This document shows, piece by piece, positions 49,714 to 62,213 of a DNA stretch of 64,000 nt (position 1 is the stretch's first letter; every line of letters begins with the position of its first letter). The DNA is from Nitrospinales bacterium. Its GTDB lineage: Bacteria; Nitrospinota; Nitrospinia; Nitrospinales; VA-1. The notes beneath the pieces were generated by a model, which was given only the letters and a program-made list of their open reading frames with translations, ran no database searches and had not been told where the DNA came from. The position numbers and the translations under genes are program-made. Where the stretch lies: NCBI GenBank assembly GCA_965223345.1, contig CBDCWG010000012.1, positions 1 to 64,000 on the forward strand, read 5' to 3'.

Positions 49714-50968
49714 GATCGGTTTCGCGCACAATGCGGTCGTGCAGGTAGATCGCCATCCAGCGCTTGCCGCCCTCCTTGACCAGCAGCATCGCAAAATCCT
49801 TGAACAGGATTCCGGGGTGCTTTTTCTTCACCGCCTTGAACACGAGGGTGGCGTATTTGAGGACGCCCGGCACCTGGTATTTTTTCAACCAGGTCCACAG
49901 CTCGCTGCCGAGCACCTGATCGGCGGTGCGCTTGACCCGCATGGCCTGGGCCAGGCGGATTTTGAGCAGCCGGTTCACGACCGGTTTTTCCCGCAGCGCC
50001 GCCACGTCCTCGCTGAGACGCGCGATCCCCAGAAGCAGCGCGTGCAGCTTCACTTCGTACAGCGGTTCGCGCGCAGCGGGATGGTGAAACGTCGCGATGT
50101 CGCGCACCAGATCGGCGTACACGCCTTGCAGCTTCTGCGTGTCGAGGGATTGCGTACCGAACAGGATTTTTTTGCGCGAGGCGTCGGCGATTTCCTTCAC
50201 GCCGGCGGAGACCGGGCCGACGCCCTGCTGATCGGGAACGGCGTCCAGGTTTTCCAGCAGCGTCTCGGCGTCGATCTTCGCGTCGGGGACGCTTTCGCTG
50301 TAGACCTTCACCGCCAGCTCGCCGACGGTCAGGTACCAGCGGATGAGCAGGGCCTTGAACACGACGTGGTGCGCGAGCGCGCCGAGGGTTTTGAACGCCC
50401 AGAAGGTGAGATCGAAGAAACGGAACAGGGCGTAAATCCATTGCAGCCAGAAAAACACCCGGTAGCGGGCAACCAGACGCCCCCAGGTACTGCGCTGCCA
50501 TGCTTCCTTTTTCTGCCAGGCGCGCACGCACAGCAGCACGTGACGCAGGCGGAACTGCGTCACCCGCCCGATGCCGCGCATGCGGCTCAGAGCGAACGCC
50601 CGCCGCTTCAACTCGTCGAAAGCGTCGAGCAGGCTGCCGAGCCGCACCTCCGCCCAAGGGGCGTCCGAATCGGGATGGCAGGCGGCGGCGAGGCTGTGCA
50701 CATAGGCGTGGGTGTTGCCGCCGATTTTGAGATCGCTCTCGCGCAGGATCCACTGCTTTTGCAAAGCGAGGCACGGCGCGCGCAGCGCTTCCAGCGCACT
50801 GCGGCGCGTGGGGTCGTTCGCGGTGCGGGCTTCTTCCTCCAGCGCACGCAGGCGCTCCCGGTTCTCCCAGACGAGTTTGAACAGCACGGAAACGGGAGCG
50901 AGCAGGGTGAGCGCCGCCGCGAGCAGAGCGCCTGCAAAAACAGCAAGGAGAATGAATTCAGGAGTCAC
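49673..50968 (-). CDS. Hypothetical membrane protein
   Basis: Long ORF with N-terminal and central hydrophobic segments; GTG start inferred. Confidence 0.6.
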   Translation of the reverse strand: MTPEFILLAVFAGALLAAALTLLAPVSVLFKLVWENRERLRALEEEARTANDPTRRSALEALRAPCLALQKQWILRESDLKIGGNTHAYVHSLAAACHPDSDAPWAEVRLGSLLDAFDELKRRAFALSRMRGIGRVTQFRLRHVLLCVRAWQKKEAWQRSTWGRLVARYRVFFWLQWIYALFRFFDLTFWAFKTLGALAHHVVFKALLIRWYLTVGELAVKVYSESVPDAKIDAETLLENLDAVPDQQGVGPVSAGVKEIADASRKKILFGTQSLDTQKLQGVYADLVRDIATFHHPAAREPLYEVKLHALLLGIARLSEDVAALREKPVVNRLLKIRLAQAMRVKRTADQVLGSELWTWLKKYQVPGVLKYATLVFKAVKKKHPGILFKDFAMLLVKEGGKRWMAIYLHDRIVRETDLTYRETSDPPPPA

Positions 50969-51161
50969 GCGAGCTCTTTCTTCGCAGCGTTTGCGGCGCG
51001 GTTTTTTTCCGGCCCGCCCACAATCGAGGAAAAACTGAAAAATCAGTTGGTTAATGTGGTTTTGCCGCCGGGTCCGTGCTATTATGAGTCTTGTCTCTTT
51101 CAGTCCAACCGTTCGCAACGGATCGCGTGCGATGCCGTTTCGAACCTGATCCGGCTTTCTA

Positions 51162-51584
51162 ATGTCCACTCTCAGCCGATGGCGAGCCTGCTTGTTTCTT
51201 ATTCCGGCGACATTGATTTTAACGCAATGCACGGAAACGAAAAGCGAGGATTTCGTCAAGCAGGGACATGCGTACACCCGCCAGGAACAGTACGACAAGG
51301 CGGTGGAAGCCTATCTCAAAGCGATCCAGAAACGTCCCAGCAACCCGGAAGCCTATTACGGCCTGGGAGGCATCTACAACTACAAAGAAATGCACCACGA
51401 CGCGGAGCAGGCGTTTCTCACCGCGGTGCAGCTCGACCCGACGCATTTCGACGCGATTTACAGCCTGGCGTTCACCTATGAAAAACTGGGGCGCATCGAA
51501 GAATCGGAAAAGTATTTCCAGCGCTACCGGGAACTGAAGAAAAAATTCGACGACATCGTGGAAGAGGACAAGAAAAAACCGTGA
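51162..51584 (+). CDS. Small exported/lipoprotein TPR protein
   Basis: Hydrophobic leader ending LTQC; three TPR units. Confidence 0.8.
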   Translation: MSTLSRWRACLFLIPATLILTQCTETKSEDFVKQGHAYTRQEQYDKAVEAYLKAIQKRPSNPEAYYGLGGIYNYKEMHHDAEQAFLTAVQLDPTHFDAIYSLAFTYEKLGRIEESEKYFQRYRELKKKFDDIVEEDKKKP

Positions 51585-52567
51585 AATCCTCGATCATCGC
51601 TTTCATCGCACTCTGGCTCCTTTCGGGTTGCAGCACGACGGGTCACGACTCGAAACGCTGGAAAGCGAAACACGCAAAGAAACGGCAAGCGGCTTCCTGG
51701 GCGCAGTCCAAGAGCCAGCGCCCGCCGCCCAGGCAGACGCGGGTCGCCTACCCCACACCGGCGGCCGGCACGCCCACCGCGTCCTTTCTCGACCGGGACG
51801 ATTCGACATCGCAGCCGCGCCGTGAAGCAACCGGCGTGCAGTGGCCCACGCGCGTCCACCCCAAAGACGGGGCGACGATGGTGTACGTCCACCCCGGGGA
51901 TTACCTTGTGGGGCGGCTCGACAAGCCGGACGGGGTGCTGCGCGCGGATGGAAGCGGGGCACGGTTCGAATCGCTGCCGGGTTTTTACATCGACCGGCTG
52001 GAAGTCACCGTGCGGAAGTTTCAGCAGTTCAAGCCCGCCTACGACGAACGGCCCTATGCGGACGGCGAGCGCTGCCCCGAGTGCCCGGCGATGGGCATCG
52101 ACTGGAATGACGCCGCGCGTTATTGCCAGTGGGCCGGCAAGCGGCTGCCCTCGGAAGCGGAATGGATCGCTGCCGCCCGCGGGTCTTCGGGCGAGGCCTG
52201 GCCCTGGGGCAAACAGTATCTGCCCGAACGAGCCAACCTGCTGGGGCGTGACGACGGCGCGGTGTTCGCGGCGCACGTCGGGTCGTATCCCAAAGGGGCG
52301 AGCCCCGCAGGCGCGCTGGACATGATCGGCAACGTGTGGGAATGGGTCGGCACGGCCTACCGGCTGGCGTCGGACAAAAGCGGCGAGGGCCGCATCCTGC
52401 GCATGGTGAAAGGCGGCGGCTGGGCCAGCCGCGAAAACGCGGCGCGCATTTCCTTCCGCAACCTGGTCAACCCGAACATGAAAAACCCCACCTTCGGTTT
52501 CCGCTGCGCCTGGACGCCCAGTCCGAACGCGAATCCCAAAACGCGGCGCACCCTCACGCGCAAATAA
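51581..52567 (+). CDS. FGE-sulfatase (SUMF1/EgtB/PvdO) family lipoprotein
   Basis: Lipobox LSGC; RLPSEAEW..AARG, DMIGNVWEW, GFRC. Confidence 0.88.
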   Translation: MKSSIIAFIALWLLSGCSTTGHDSKRWKAKHAKKRQAASWAQSKSQRPPPRQTRVAYPTPAAGTPTASFLDRDDSTSQPRREATGVQWPTRVHPKDGATMVYVHPGDYLVGRLDKPDGVLRADGSGARFESLPGFYIDRLEVTVRKFQQFKPAYDERPYADGERCPECPAMGIDWNDAARYCQWAGKRLPSEAEWIAAARGSSGEAWPWGKQYLPERANLLGRDDGAVFAAHVGSYPKGASPAGALDMIGNVWEWVGTAYRLASDKSGEGRILRMVKGGGWASRENAARISFRNLVNPNMKNPTFGFRCAWTPSPNANPKTRRTLTRK

Positions 52568-52580
52568 ACGCCACAAACAG

Positions 52581-52615
52581 AAAAACCCGCCGGAGCGGCG
52601 GGCTTTCCTTTTTTC
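52581..52615. terminator. Intrinsic terminator between convergent genes
   Basis: CCCGCC-ggagc-GGCGGG stem flanked by A and T tracts. Confidence 0.65.
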
Positions 52616-52663
52616 GATTCCGATTACGACAACGTCAGACTTGAGTCCAGGGACGCGCCGCGG

Positions 52664-55600
52664 TCACGAACACCCGGAGGTCGCACCGCAGGTGAGGCAT
52701 TTGAGGCAGGTGCCGTTGCGCACCAGGGTGAGCTGGCCGCATTCGTTGCAGGGATCGCCCTCGTAGCCTTTGAGCCTGGCGATGGCGGCGGTCGAGCTCA
52801 GGGTTCCCGCGCCCATTTCCTGCGCCCCCCTTTCGGCGAGCGAATCGGCGGACACATCGGTGGCCGGGTTTTCGGGAGCGTGCAAAACGCCGTGGCCGTT
52901 GCCATTGCCGGAATGCGCCTGGGTCACAGGACGGTCCTCGGTCTGCGTGGCGGCGGGCGCGTCGGATTTGGCGTTTTCCTCGCCCTTATCCTGTGTCTTG
53001 CCGATGGCGTCGCCGCGCAGATCGTCGGGCGTCACCTGGGCGAGGTCGTAGCGGCCCAGGTAGTTGATGGCGAGCTCGCGGAAGATGTAGTCGATGGTAG
53101 AGGTCGCCATGGTGATCTGATCGTTGCCGGTGACGATGCCGTTGGGCTCGAAGCGGGTGAACACGAAGGCGTCCACGAATTCCTCGAGCGGCACGCCGTG
53201 CTGCAAGCCCAGCGAGATGGCGATGGCGAAGCAGTTCATCAGGCTGCGGAAGGCCGCGCCTTCCTTGTGCATGTCGATGAAGATCTCGCCGAGGCTGCCG
53301 TCTTTGTACTGGCCGGTGCGCAGATAGACTTTGTGGCCGCCGATGGTGGCCTTCTGGGTGTAGCCGTTGCGGCGGTGCGGCAGCGGTTTGCGCCGCTGTT
53401 CGCGCACCACCTGCACGATCTTCTCGGCGACCTTCAACGGTTCCTTTTCATCGGCGAGTTCCAGTTTCAACTCGCTGAAGTCCTCACTGGCCACGCTGTT
53501 GAGCGGCTGGCTGAGCTTGGAGCCGTCGCGGTAGATGGCGGTGCCCTTGAGCATCAGTTTCCAGCTCAGCATGTGCGCTTTCTCGACGTCGTCGATGGTG
53601 GCGTGGTTGGGCATGTTGATGGTCTTGGAGATGGCGCCGGAGAGGAACGGCTGGGCGGCGGCCATCATGCGGATGTGCGCCTCGGGGCGGATGTAGCGTT
53701 CGCCGTATTTGCCGCATTTGTTGGCGCAGTCGAACACCGGGTAATGCTCTTCCTTGAGGTGCGGCGCGTTCTCGATGGTCATGGTGCCGCAAATCGCGTC
53801 GTTGGCCTCGCGGATCTGCTCGCGCGTGAAGCCCAAGTGCTCGAGCAGGTTGAACTCGAACAGGTTCAACTGGTCTTCGGTCAGCTTCAGCACGTCCTTG
53901 CAGAAATCCTCTCCGAGGACGAATTTGTTGAAGGCGAAGGTGATGTCGAACACCTTGGGCAGCTCGGCCTGGATTTTCTCCAGCACCGCGTCGGTGAAGC
54001 CTTTCTCCTTCAGCGCATCCGGGTTGATGTGCGGCGCGCCGTCCAGCCGGCCCGTGCCCACGCAGTATTCGACGATGTCCTGGATCTGCTCGATGGCGTA
54101 ACCCAGATGCTTGAGGGCGACGGGAACGGACTGGTTGATGATCTTGAAATAACCGCCGCCCGCCAGCTTTTTGTATTTCACCAGCGCGTAGTCCGGCTCG
54201 ATGCCGGTGGTGTCGCAATCCATCAGCAGGCCGATCGTGCCGGTGGGCGCGATGCAGGTGGTCTGGGCGTTGCGGTAGCCGAAGCGCTGGCCCAGCTCGA
54301 GGGCATCGGCCCATTCCTTGGTCGCGGCGTTGTGCAGGTAGGCCGGGCAGTGCTCCGCGGCGACGCCCTGGGGAAAGATGGTGAGGCCTTCGTACTCGTG
54401 CGCGTCGGCGTTCTGCACGGCGCGCCGGTGGTTCCGCAGCACGCGCAGCATGTGTTTCTTGTTGCGCTTGTATTCCTGAAACGGCCCAAGCTCTTTCGCC
54501 ATCTCGGCGGACATGGCGTACGACGCGCCGGTGGTCAGTGCGGTGATGGCGCCGGAAATGGCGCGGCCTTTTTCCGAATCGTAGGGGATGCCGAGCACCA
54601 TGAGCAGCGCGCCCAGGTTGGCGTAGCCCAGGCCCAGGGTGCGGTACTCGTAGCTCTTCTGCGCGATGCGCCGGCCGGGAAACTGCGCCATCATGACGGA
54701 AATCTCCAGCGTCAGGGTCCACAGGCGGCAGGCGTGCCGGTATTTTTCGGTGTCGAAGCGGCCCTCGACTTCATCATGAAAGCGGATGAGGTTGATGGAC
54801 GCGAGGTTGCACGCGGTGTCGTCGAGGAACATGTACTCGGAGCACGGGTTGGAAGCGCGGATCCGGTCTTCCTCGGGGCAGGTGTGCCATTCGTTGATGG
54901 TGGTGTCGAACTGCAGGCCGGGATCGGCGCTGGCCCACGCCGCTTCGTTGATGCGGTTCCAGATGTCGGTCGCGTTGAGGCTTTTGCTCACCACGCCGTC
55001 GGTGCGGTGGGTCAGGTTCCAGGGGCCGTCGCACTCCACGGCGCGCAGGAAATCGTTGTTGAGGCGCACGGAGTTGTTGGAGTTCTGCCCGGAGACGGTG
55101 GTGTAGCCTTCCGAGTTCCAGCAGGTGTCGTACTCTTCGAACTCGATGTCGCGCGCGCCCTGTTTGGCGAGCTGGATCACGCGGTAGATGTAGTTTTCCG
55201 GCACGCAGGCGTCCAGCGTTTTGACGACGGCACGTTTGAGGTCTTTGTTCTTCTTGATGTCGAACCGGTCTTCATCGCTCACGCCCGCACTCCAGCAGGC
55301 CGCAACGATCTTTTTCAGCATGCGGCGGCAGATGCGGCTGCCGGTGGACAGCGCCGCCACCTTGCGCTCTTCTTTGACTTTCCAGTCGATGAACTCCTCG
55401 ATGTCGGGATGGTCGATGTCGAGGGTGACCATCTTCGCCGCGCGCCGCGTGGTGCCGCCGGACTTGATGGCGCCGGCGGCGCGGTCGCCGATTTTCAGAA
55501 AGCTCATGAGGCCGGAGGACTTGCCGCCGCCGGAAAGCGGTTCGCCCGAACCGCGCAGATTGGAAAAGTTGCTGCCGGTGCCGGAGCCGTATTTGAACAG

Positions 55601-56269
55601 GCGCGCTTCCTGCCGCCACAGATCCATGATGCCGCCCTCGCCCACCAGATCGTCCTCGATCGAAAGGATGAAACAGGCGTGCGGCTGCGGATGCTCGTAT
55701 GCGTTCTCGGACTGCTGCAGCTCGCCCTTGTCGGGATTGTAGAAGTAATGCCCCTGGGCGGGGCCTTCCAGGCCGTAGGCCCAGTGCAGGCCGGTGTTGA
55801 ACCACTGCGGCGAATTGGGCGCGGCGTACTGCCTCGCCAGCATGAAACGCATCTCATCGTAATAGTTGCGCGCGTGCGACTCGTCCTCAAAGCAGCGGTT
55901 CTTCCATCCCCAGTAGGTCCAGCAGCCGGCCAGGCGGTGAAACACCTGGCGGGAATCGGTTTCGCGCCCATAGCGTTCGTCCTCGGGCAGCGCGCGCAGG
56001 GCTTCTTCATCGGGCACGGAGGGGCAGAGCCATTCGGGAACGCCGGGTTCCATTTTCTTTTTCAGACGCGCCGGCACTCCGGCTTTGCGGAAATACTTCT
56101 GCGCCATGATGTCCACCGCCACCTGCGACCAGAAATCGGGCACCACCACGGCCTTGATCTCGGAGACCACCGAACCGTCCGCGTTGTTGATCCTGGAAAC
56201 CCGATCGGTGAAGTTGATCCCCTGATACGGGTCCTGGTTTTCGAGAGTGAAGCTTCGGTGGATTTGCAT
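52664..56269 (-). CDS. nrdJ: Adenosylcobalamin-dependent (class II) ribonucleotide reductase with C-terminal TSCPD domain
   Basis: [35 protein letters not shown]-terminal CNEC...CLKC..CG..SGCS; no intein evident. Confidence 0.95.
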   Translation of the reverse strand: MQIHRSFTLENQDPYQGINFTDRVSRINNADGSVVSEIKAVVVPDFWSQVAVDIMAQKYFRKAGVPARLKKKMEPGVPEWLCPSVPDEEALRALPEDERYGRETDSRQVFHRLAGCWTYWGWKNRCFEDESHARNYYDEMRFMLARQYAAPNSPQWFNTGLHWAYGLEGPAQGHYFYNPDKGELQQSENAYEHPQPHACFILSIEDDLVGEGGIMDLWRQEARLFKYGSGTGSNFSNLRGSGEPLSGGGKSSGLMSFLKIGDRAAGAIKSGGTTRRAAKMVTLDIDHPDIEEFIDWKVKEERKVAALSTGSRICRRMLKKIVAACWSAGVSDEDRFDIKKNKDLKRAVVKTLDACVPENYIYRVIQLAKQGARDIEFEEYDTCWNSEGYTTVSGQNSNNSVRLNNDFLRAVECDGPWNLTHRTDGVVSKSLNATDIWNRINEAAWASADPGLQFDTTINEWHTCPEEDRIRASNPCSEYMFLDDTACNLASINLIRFHDEVEGRFDTEKYRHACRLWTLTLEISVMMAQFPGRRIAQKSYEYRTLGLGYANLGALLMVLGIPYDSEKGRAISGAITALTTGASYAMSAEMAKELGPFQEYKRNKKHMLRVLRNHRRAVQNADAHEYEGLTIFPQGVAAEHCPAYLHNAATKEWADALELGQRFGYRNAQTTCIAPTGTIGLLMDCDTTGIEPDYALVKYKKLAGGGYFKIINQSVPVALKHLGYAIEQIQDIVEYCVGTGRLDGAPHINPDALKEKGFTDAVLEKIQAELPKVFDITFAFNKFVLGEDFCKDVLKLTEDQLNLFEFNLLEHLGFTREQIREANDAICGTMTIENAPHLKEEHYPVFDCANKCGKYGERYIRPEAHIRMMAAAQPFLSGAISKTINMPNHATIDDVEKAHMLSWKLMLKGTAIYRDGSKLSQPLNSVASEDFSELKLELADEKEPLKVAEKIVQVVREQRRKPLPHRRNGYTQKATIGGHKVYLRTGQYKDGSLGEIFIDMHKEGAAFRSLMNCFAIAISLGLQHGVPLEEFVDAFVFTRFEPNGIVTGNDQITMATSTIDYIFRELAINYLGRYDLAQVTPDDLRGDAIGKTQDKGEENAKSDAPAATQTEDRPVTQAHSGNGNGHGVLHAPENPATDVSADSLAERGAQEMGAGTLSSTAAIARLKGYEGDPCNECGQLTLVRNGTCLKCLTCGATSGCS

Positions 56270-56386
56270 AAGATGGCTCCGAAAGAAATGAAGATGGTCT
56301 GGGATTGAAAAAGAGGAAACGCCCCCTCTCAAGCAAGGGCGCAAGGAATGCGGTGCCGCGCTGACTGCCCCAAGAAAATCAACAAA

Positions 56387-56442
56387 CTGCTGTATCTAGT
56401 GTTTCTTTGCACAACTATATACAAGATGTTGGGGTGGGTCAA
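56387..56442 (-). promoter_or_regulatory. Tandem NrdR boxes overlapping the sigma70 promoter of nrdJ
   Basis: Minus strand CCCCAACATCTTGTAT (56419-56434) and ACACTAGATACAGCAG (56387-56402), 32 bp apart, resembling acaCwAtATaTwGtgt; TTGACC-17-TATAGT. Confidence 0.8.
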
Positions 56443-56743
56443 TAAAATTCTGCATGGGGAACCCGGCACCGGTTCACCCTTTCTGCAAAAGCAACTGCGC
56501 TCATTGTGCCGCAAACAAAGCGAAAATAAAACGAAAATTTGAGCAAAAAAATCCGGCCGGGTACCCACTTTCCGGGGCAAGAGAGGGAATGTGGACCTAA
56601 AGCATTGAGGATAGGTTTACAGAACGTGGAGAGTATCGGGAGCGGTCACAGGCGAAACCATTTCGGCGACACCAGAAGCATGAAAAAGCAACCTGCCGGA
56701 GTTGGGTGAGCGGTAGTGGATGGAAAGCGGATGCTCTCGCCGA

Positions 56744-58211
56744 TCAGTTCTCGAGCACCTGAATCTGCACTTTGCCGACGAATTCCATCAACTTGAACGG
56801 GCCTTCGCGCGCGCCTTCGGACAGTTTGATGTGGGTGGCATCGACGAAGTCCTGCCCGAAGGTCGGGTCGAGGGCCCGCCATTCGCCGACGTACACTTCC
56901 GGCCAGGCGTGGTAGAGGAATCCCTGGAACTTGGGTGAGTACACCAGCCCGTTGACGATTTTCGTGGGGATGCCCGCGGCGCGTGCCAGCGCCGTGAACA
57001 GATAGGTGTGCGACTGGCATTCGCCTTTGCGCTGCTTGAGCGCGTTGAGGGCGCTCACCGAGTCCACCAGCGATTTTTCCAGGTTCTTGTACACCCACTG
57101 GTTGATCTTGAGCGACGCCTGCCAGGCGTCGGGGACCTCGCCCACCAGTTCCCTGGCGAGCGTCTGGATCATCCGGTGTTTGGACTGCACTTCCGGCGTG
57201 TCCGCGAGCATCTGAGGATCGCTGAAGGTGGCGACCGGGCGCACGGTGGGTTTCGCCACCTTATCCGGTTCGGTGTTCACGACGATCACGGCGGCGTGCG
57301 TGCCGTCGGCGGCTTTTTCGGAGCGCAGCACTTTCTGCCTGTGGTCCTGCGGGATGAGGTCGGGCGCGCTCAGTTTCGACAGCTTCATCTTGAGCTGGCG
57401 TTTCTCGCCGGGGCGTTTCATCTCTTCGGCGATTTTCACGATGCTGAGCGTGATGAGGCTGCTGATGCTCATCGTGTCGTCGTCCAGATTCTGCGCCACC
57501 TGCTCGGATTCCTTGCGCGACTCGAACCCCTGCGAGGTGACTTCTTTCATCACCATGCCGTTTGCGGTCACCCACAGGGTGGACGTCATGCCCCCCATGT
57601 TGTTGGACAGGACGTAGGTTTCCACGTCGCGGCCTTCGTAGGGGACGGTTTCCTTGCGTAAAACTTCGTAGTGCAGATCGAGCATCATCTGGAACGGTTC
57701 GATGAAGACGGTGCGCTTGCCTTTTTTTCCCACCTGCAACCCGTCTTTGACGATGTTGAGCAGGAACGTGGTGGAAGGCAGGGTGCCGGGGGGGAAAGGC
57801 CACGCTCTGGGTCTTGTCGAACCCGAGCCCGCTGACGCGGTAATTGAGCTTGCCGTCTTTCAGGCTGCCGTCCACCTTCTGGCGGCTGCCCATGATTTCC
57901 TGCAGCAGGGAAAACCGCTTCAACTCCAGTTCACGCGTGAGCTCGGTTTCCTGGGAAAACGTGGTGGTCTGCTTCACGCCCTGGTTTTTCAACTGAAAGA
58001 AAACCTTGGAACTCACGTGCATGGCATCTTCGGTGGTCACGATCTTGGCGAACGAAAAGCCGAGCTTTTTGCCCTTGAAATACGTTCCCATCCAGGCGCT
58101 GGTCTCGCCGGGCTCAAAAATGGAACGCTCGGCGTGCGCGTGGCTTGCGGCAAAAGTTAGGAGCAGAACGAAAAACAGGGCGATGCGGTGGATTTTTTGA
58201 TCGGGTTTCAT
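56744..58211 (-). CDS. Exported transglutaminase-like domain protein, frameshifted in a G7/C7 run
   Basis: GECQSH...ARAAGIP, YHAW.EV, W..LDPT (Cys-His-Asp); removing one C at 57788-57794 joins the signal-peptide ORF to it (AFPPGTLPSTTFLLN). Confidence 0.8.
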
Positions 58212-58407
58212 ACCTTTCAGGTTAACACAGGATTGAAAAATAAGGAGACGCATAATGAAGCGAGGCGGCGGGATTTTGCGCGTGCGCTTAGGCGATGCGG
58301 GTGGGTACTATAAAAAAACCGCGGAAAATCAATTCTTTTTTCCATCGCTAACACGGGCTGACACAGGAGCTGATTTTTAGTTAAAATTAAAACAAGATGC
58401 GTGCTAG

Positions 58408-59943
<1,536 letters not shown>

Positions 59944-60040
59944 TCGTGACCGCTTCCGATTCGCCGACGCAGTTCAACCGCCCCACCCTGCGGCAAGCGG
60001 GCCCGGGGCTCCCTGTTCCTCCATCTCGATTCGATACCGC

Positions 60041-61594
60041 ATGAGATCCGACACGCTGCACAACGAAGAAATTCTGATCCTCGACTTCGGTTCGCAATAC
60101 ACCCAGAACATCGCGCGCAAGGTGCGCGAATCCCAGGTGTACTGCCAGATCCACCCGTACGACCTTTCCCTCGACGAAATCAAGAAGTTCAAGCCGAAAG
60201 GCATCATCCTGTCCGGCGGCCCGTCCAGCGTGCTCGCGCCGGACGCGCCGATGTGCGACCGCGGGATATTCGAACTGGGGGTTCCCATACTGGGCATCTG
60301 CTACGGCATGCAGCTCATCACGCACCTGCTGCACGGCTCCGTCGATCCGGCGCCGGAAAGCGAGTTCGGCCGCGCCGAGCTGATGATCAAGGAATTCTCG
60401 CACCTGTTCAACGGCGTCAACAACAAGTCGATCGTGTGGATGAGCCACGGCGACAAGATCTCGAAACTGCCGATCGGCTTCAAGACCACGGCGTTCACCG
60501 CCAACTCGCCCGTCGCGGCGATGGAAAAACCGCTGACGAAAACCTACGGCCTGCAGTTTCATCCGGAGGTGGTGCACACCACCGAAGGGAAGAAGATCCT
60601 GGAAAACTTCATGTTCGGCATCTGCGGCTGCAAGGCGAACTGGAAGACCCATTCGCTGGTCGAATTCATGATCACCGACATCAAAAAGAAGGTGAAAAAG
60701 GCCAAGGTCCTGTGCGCGCTGAGCGGCGGCGTCGATTCCTCGGTGGTGGCGCGGCTGGTGCACCGCGCGCTGGGCAAGAACCTCACCTGCATCTTCATCG
60801 ACAACGGGCTTCTGCGGACGGGGGAACGGGAGAAGGTGGTCAAGACTTTCAAGGAAAATTTTCACATCAACCTGGAAGTGGTGGACGCGGCCGAAGAGTT
60901 TCTCAAAGCCCTGGAGGGCGTGACCGACCCGGAGGAGAAACGCAAGATCATCGGCAACGTGTTCATCGACGTGTTCCAGCGCGAAGCGCCGCGGCTGGGG
61001 AAATTCACCTACCTGGCGCAGGGAACGCTGTATCCCGACGTCATCGAATCAGTCTCGCACAAGGGCCCCTCGGCGGTGATCAAAACGCACCACAACGTCG
61101 GCGGGCTGCCAGAGAAGATGGATTTCAAACTGCTGGAACCACTGCGCGAACTGTTCAAGGACGAGGTGCGCAACCTGGGGCGGGAGCTGGGCATCCCGGA
61201 AGAGATCATCAACCGCCAGCCCTTTCCCGGACCGGGGCTCGCCATCCGCATCCTGGAAGTGGTGACGCGCGAACGGCTGGATGTGCTGCGCGCGGCGGAC
61301 AAGATCGTGCTGGAGGAAATCAAGGCGGCGGGACTGTACAACAAAGTGTGGCAGGCGTTCGCGGTGCTGCTGCCGGTCAAATCGGTGGGCGTCATGGGCG
61401 ACGCCCGCACCTACGAAAACGTGGTCGGCATCCGCGCGGTCACCAGCTCCGACGGCATGACCGCCGACTGGGTGCACCTGCCCTACGATCTTCTGGGCAA
61501 ACTTTCCAACCGCATCATCAACGAAGTCACCGGCGTGAACCGCGTCGTCTACGACATCAGTTCCAAACCCCCGAGCACCATCGAGTGGGAGTGA
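60041..61594 (+). CDS. guaA: GMP synthase (glutamine-hydrolysing)
   Basis: [34 protein letters not shown]. Confidence 0.97.
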   Translation: MRSDTLHNEEILILDFGSQYTQNIARKVRESQVYCQIHPYDLSLDEIKKFKPKGIILSGGPSSVLAPDAPMCDRGIFELGVPILGICYGMQLITHLLHGSVDPAPESEFGRAELMIKEFSHLFNGVNNKSIVWMSHGDKISKLPIGFKTTAFTANSPVAAMEKPLTKTYGLQFHPEVVHTTEGKKILENFMFGICGCKANWKTHSLVEFMITDIKKKVKKAKVLCALSGGVDSSVVARLVHRALGKNLTCIFIDNGLLRTGEREKVVKTFKENFHINLEVVDAAEEFLKALEGVTDPEEKRKIIGNVFIDVFQREAPRLGKFTYLAQGTLYPDVIESVSHKGPSAVIKTHHNVGGLPEKMDFKLLEPLRELFKDEVRNLGRELGIPEEIINRQPFPGPGLAIRILEVVTRERLDVLRAADKIVLEEIKAAGLYNKVWQAFAVLLPVKSVGVMGDARTYENVVGIRAVTSSDGMTADWVHLPYDLLGKLSNRIINEVTGVNRVVYDISSKPPSTIEWE

Positions 61595-61615
61595 TGCGCC
61601 TCCTGCAATCCCCGC

Positions 61616-62206
61616 TCACCTCCCCTTTTTCTTTCGTCTGAGATACACGTACAACGCGCCGTCGCCGCCGTGTTTCGGTTGCGCCGGGGTGAAGGCGATC
61701 ACTTTCGCCGCCAGCGGCGGCTCGTTGAGCCACTGCGGCACCTGCCTTTTCAGCACGCCGGTTTCCGGTTCGAAAAAATGTTCCGCATCCTGCCGCACGC
61801 CGCCTCCTTTGCCGGTGATCACCAAGAGACAGCGCCGTCCCGCTTCGTAACCCGCTTCGATGAACCGCGCCAGTTCGTCGTGCGCCTGGATCTTGGAATG
61901 GCCGTGCAGGTCGAGCGTGCCTTCGATGCGGAACCTGCCCTGACGCAGCTTCTCCTCGGTGCGGCGGTCGATGCCGGCGGCGGGCGGCGGTGCTTTGCTT
62001 TCATCGGGGGGTTGTGTCGGGGTCGCGGGGGGCACGTCCGCTTCGCGGTCTGCGGGACCGGCGGGCGCTTCGGGCTCTTCAGAGGACGAGGGTTCTTCTT
62101 TTTTTATCGGCCGCACATCCTGCATGGCCGAGCGCCACAGCGCCTCGTCTTCCGTCTCCGGCGTCTTGGGCTTCTTGCCTTCTTTGTTTTTGTCGCGCTC
62201 CGCCAC
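61616..62206 (-). CDS. Smr/MutS2 C-terminal domain protein
   Basis: LDLHG, VITGKG, HGGDGALYV. Confidence 0.9.
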   Translation of the reverse strand: MAERDKNKEGKKPKTPETEDEALWRSAMQDVRPIKKEEPSSSEEPEAPAGPADREADVPPATPTQPPDESKAPPPAAGIDRRTEEKLRQGRFRIEGTLDLHGHSKIQAHDELARFIEAGYEAGRRCLLVITGKGGGVRQDAEHFFEPETGVLKRQVPQWLNEPPLAAKVIAFTPAQPKHGGDGALYVYLRRKKKGR

Positions 62207-62213
62207 GGGAACG

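Noticed and set aside
52880..56308. 1142-aa plus-strand ORF
   Set aside because: Antisense shadow of nrdJ.
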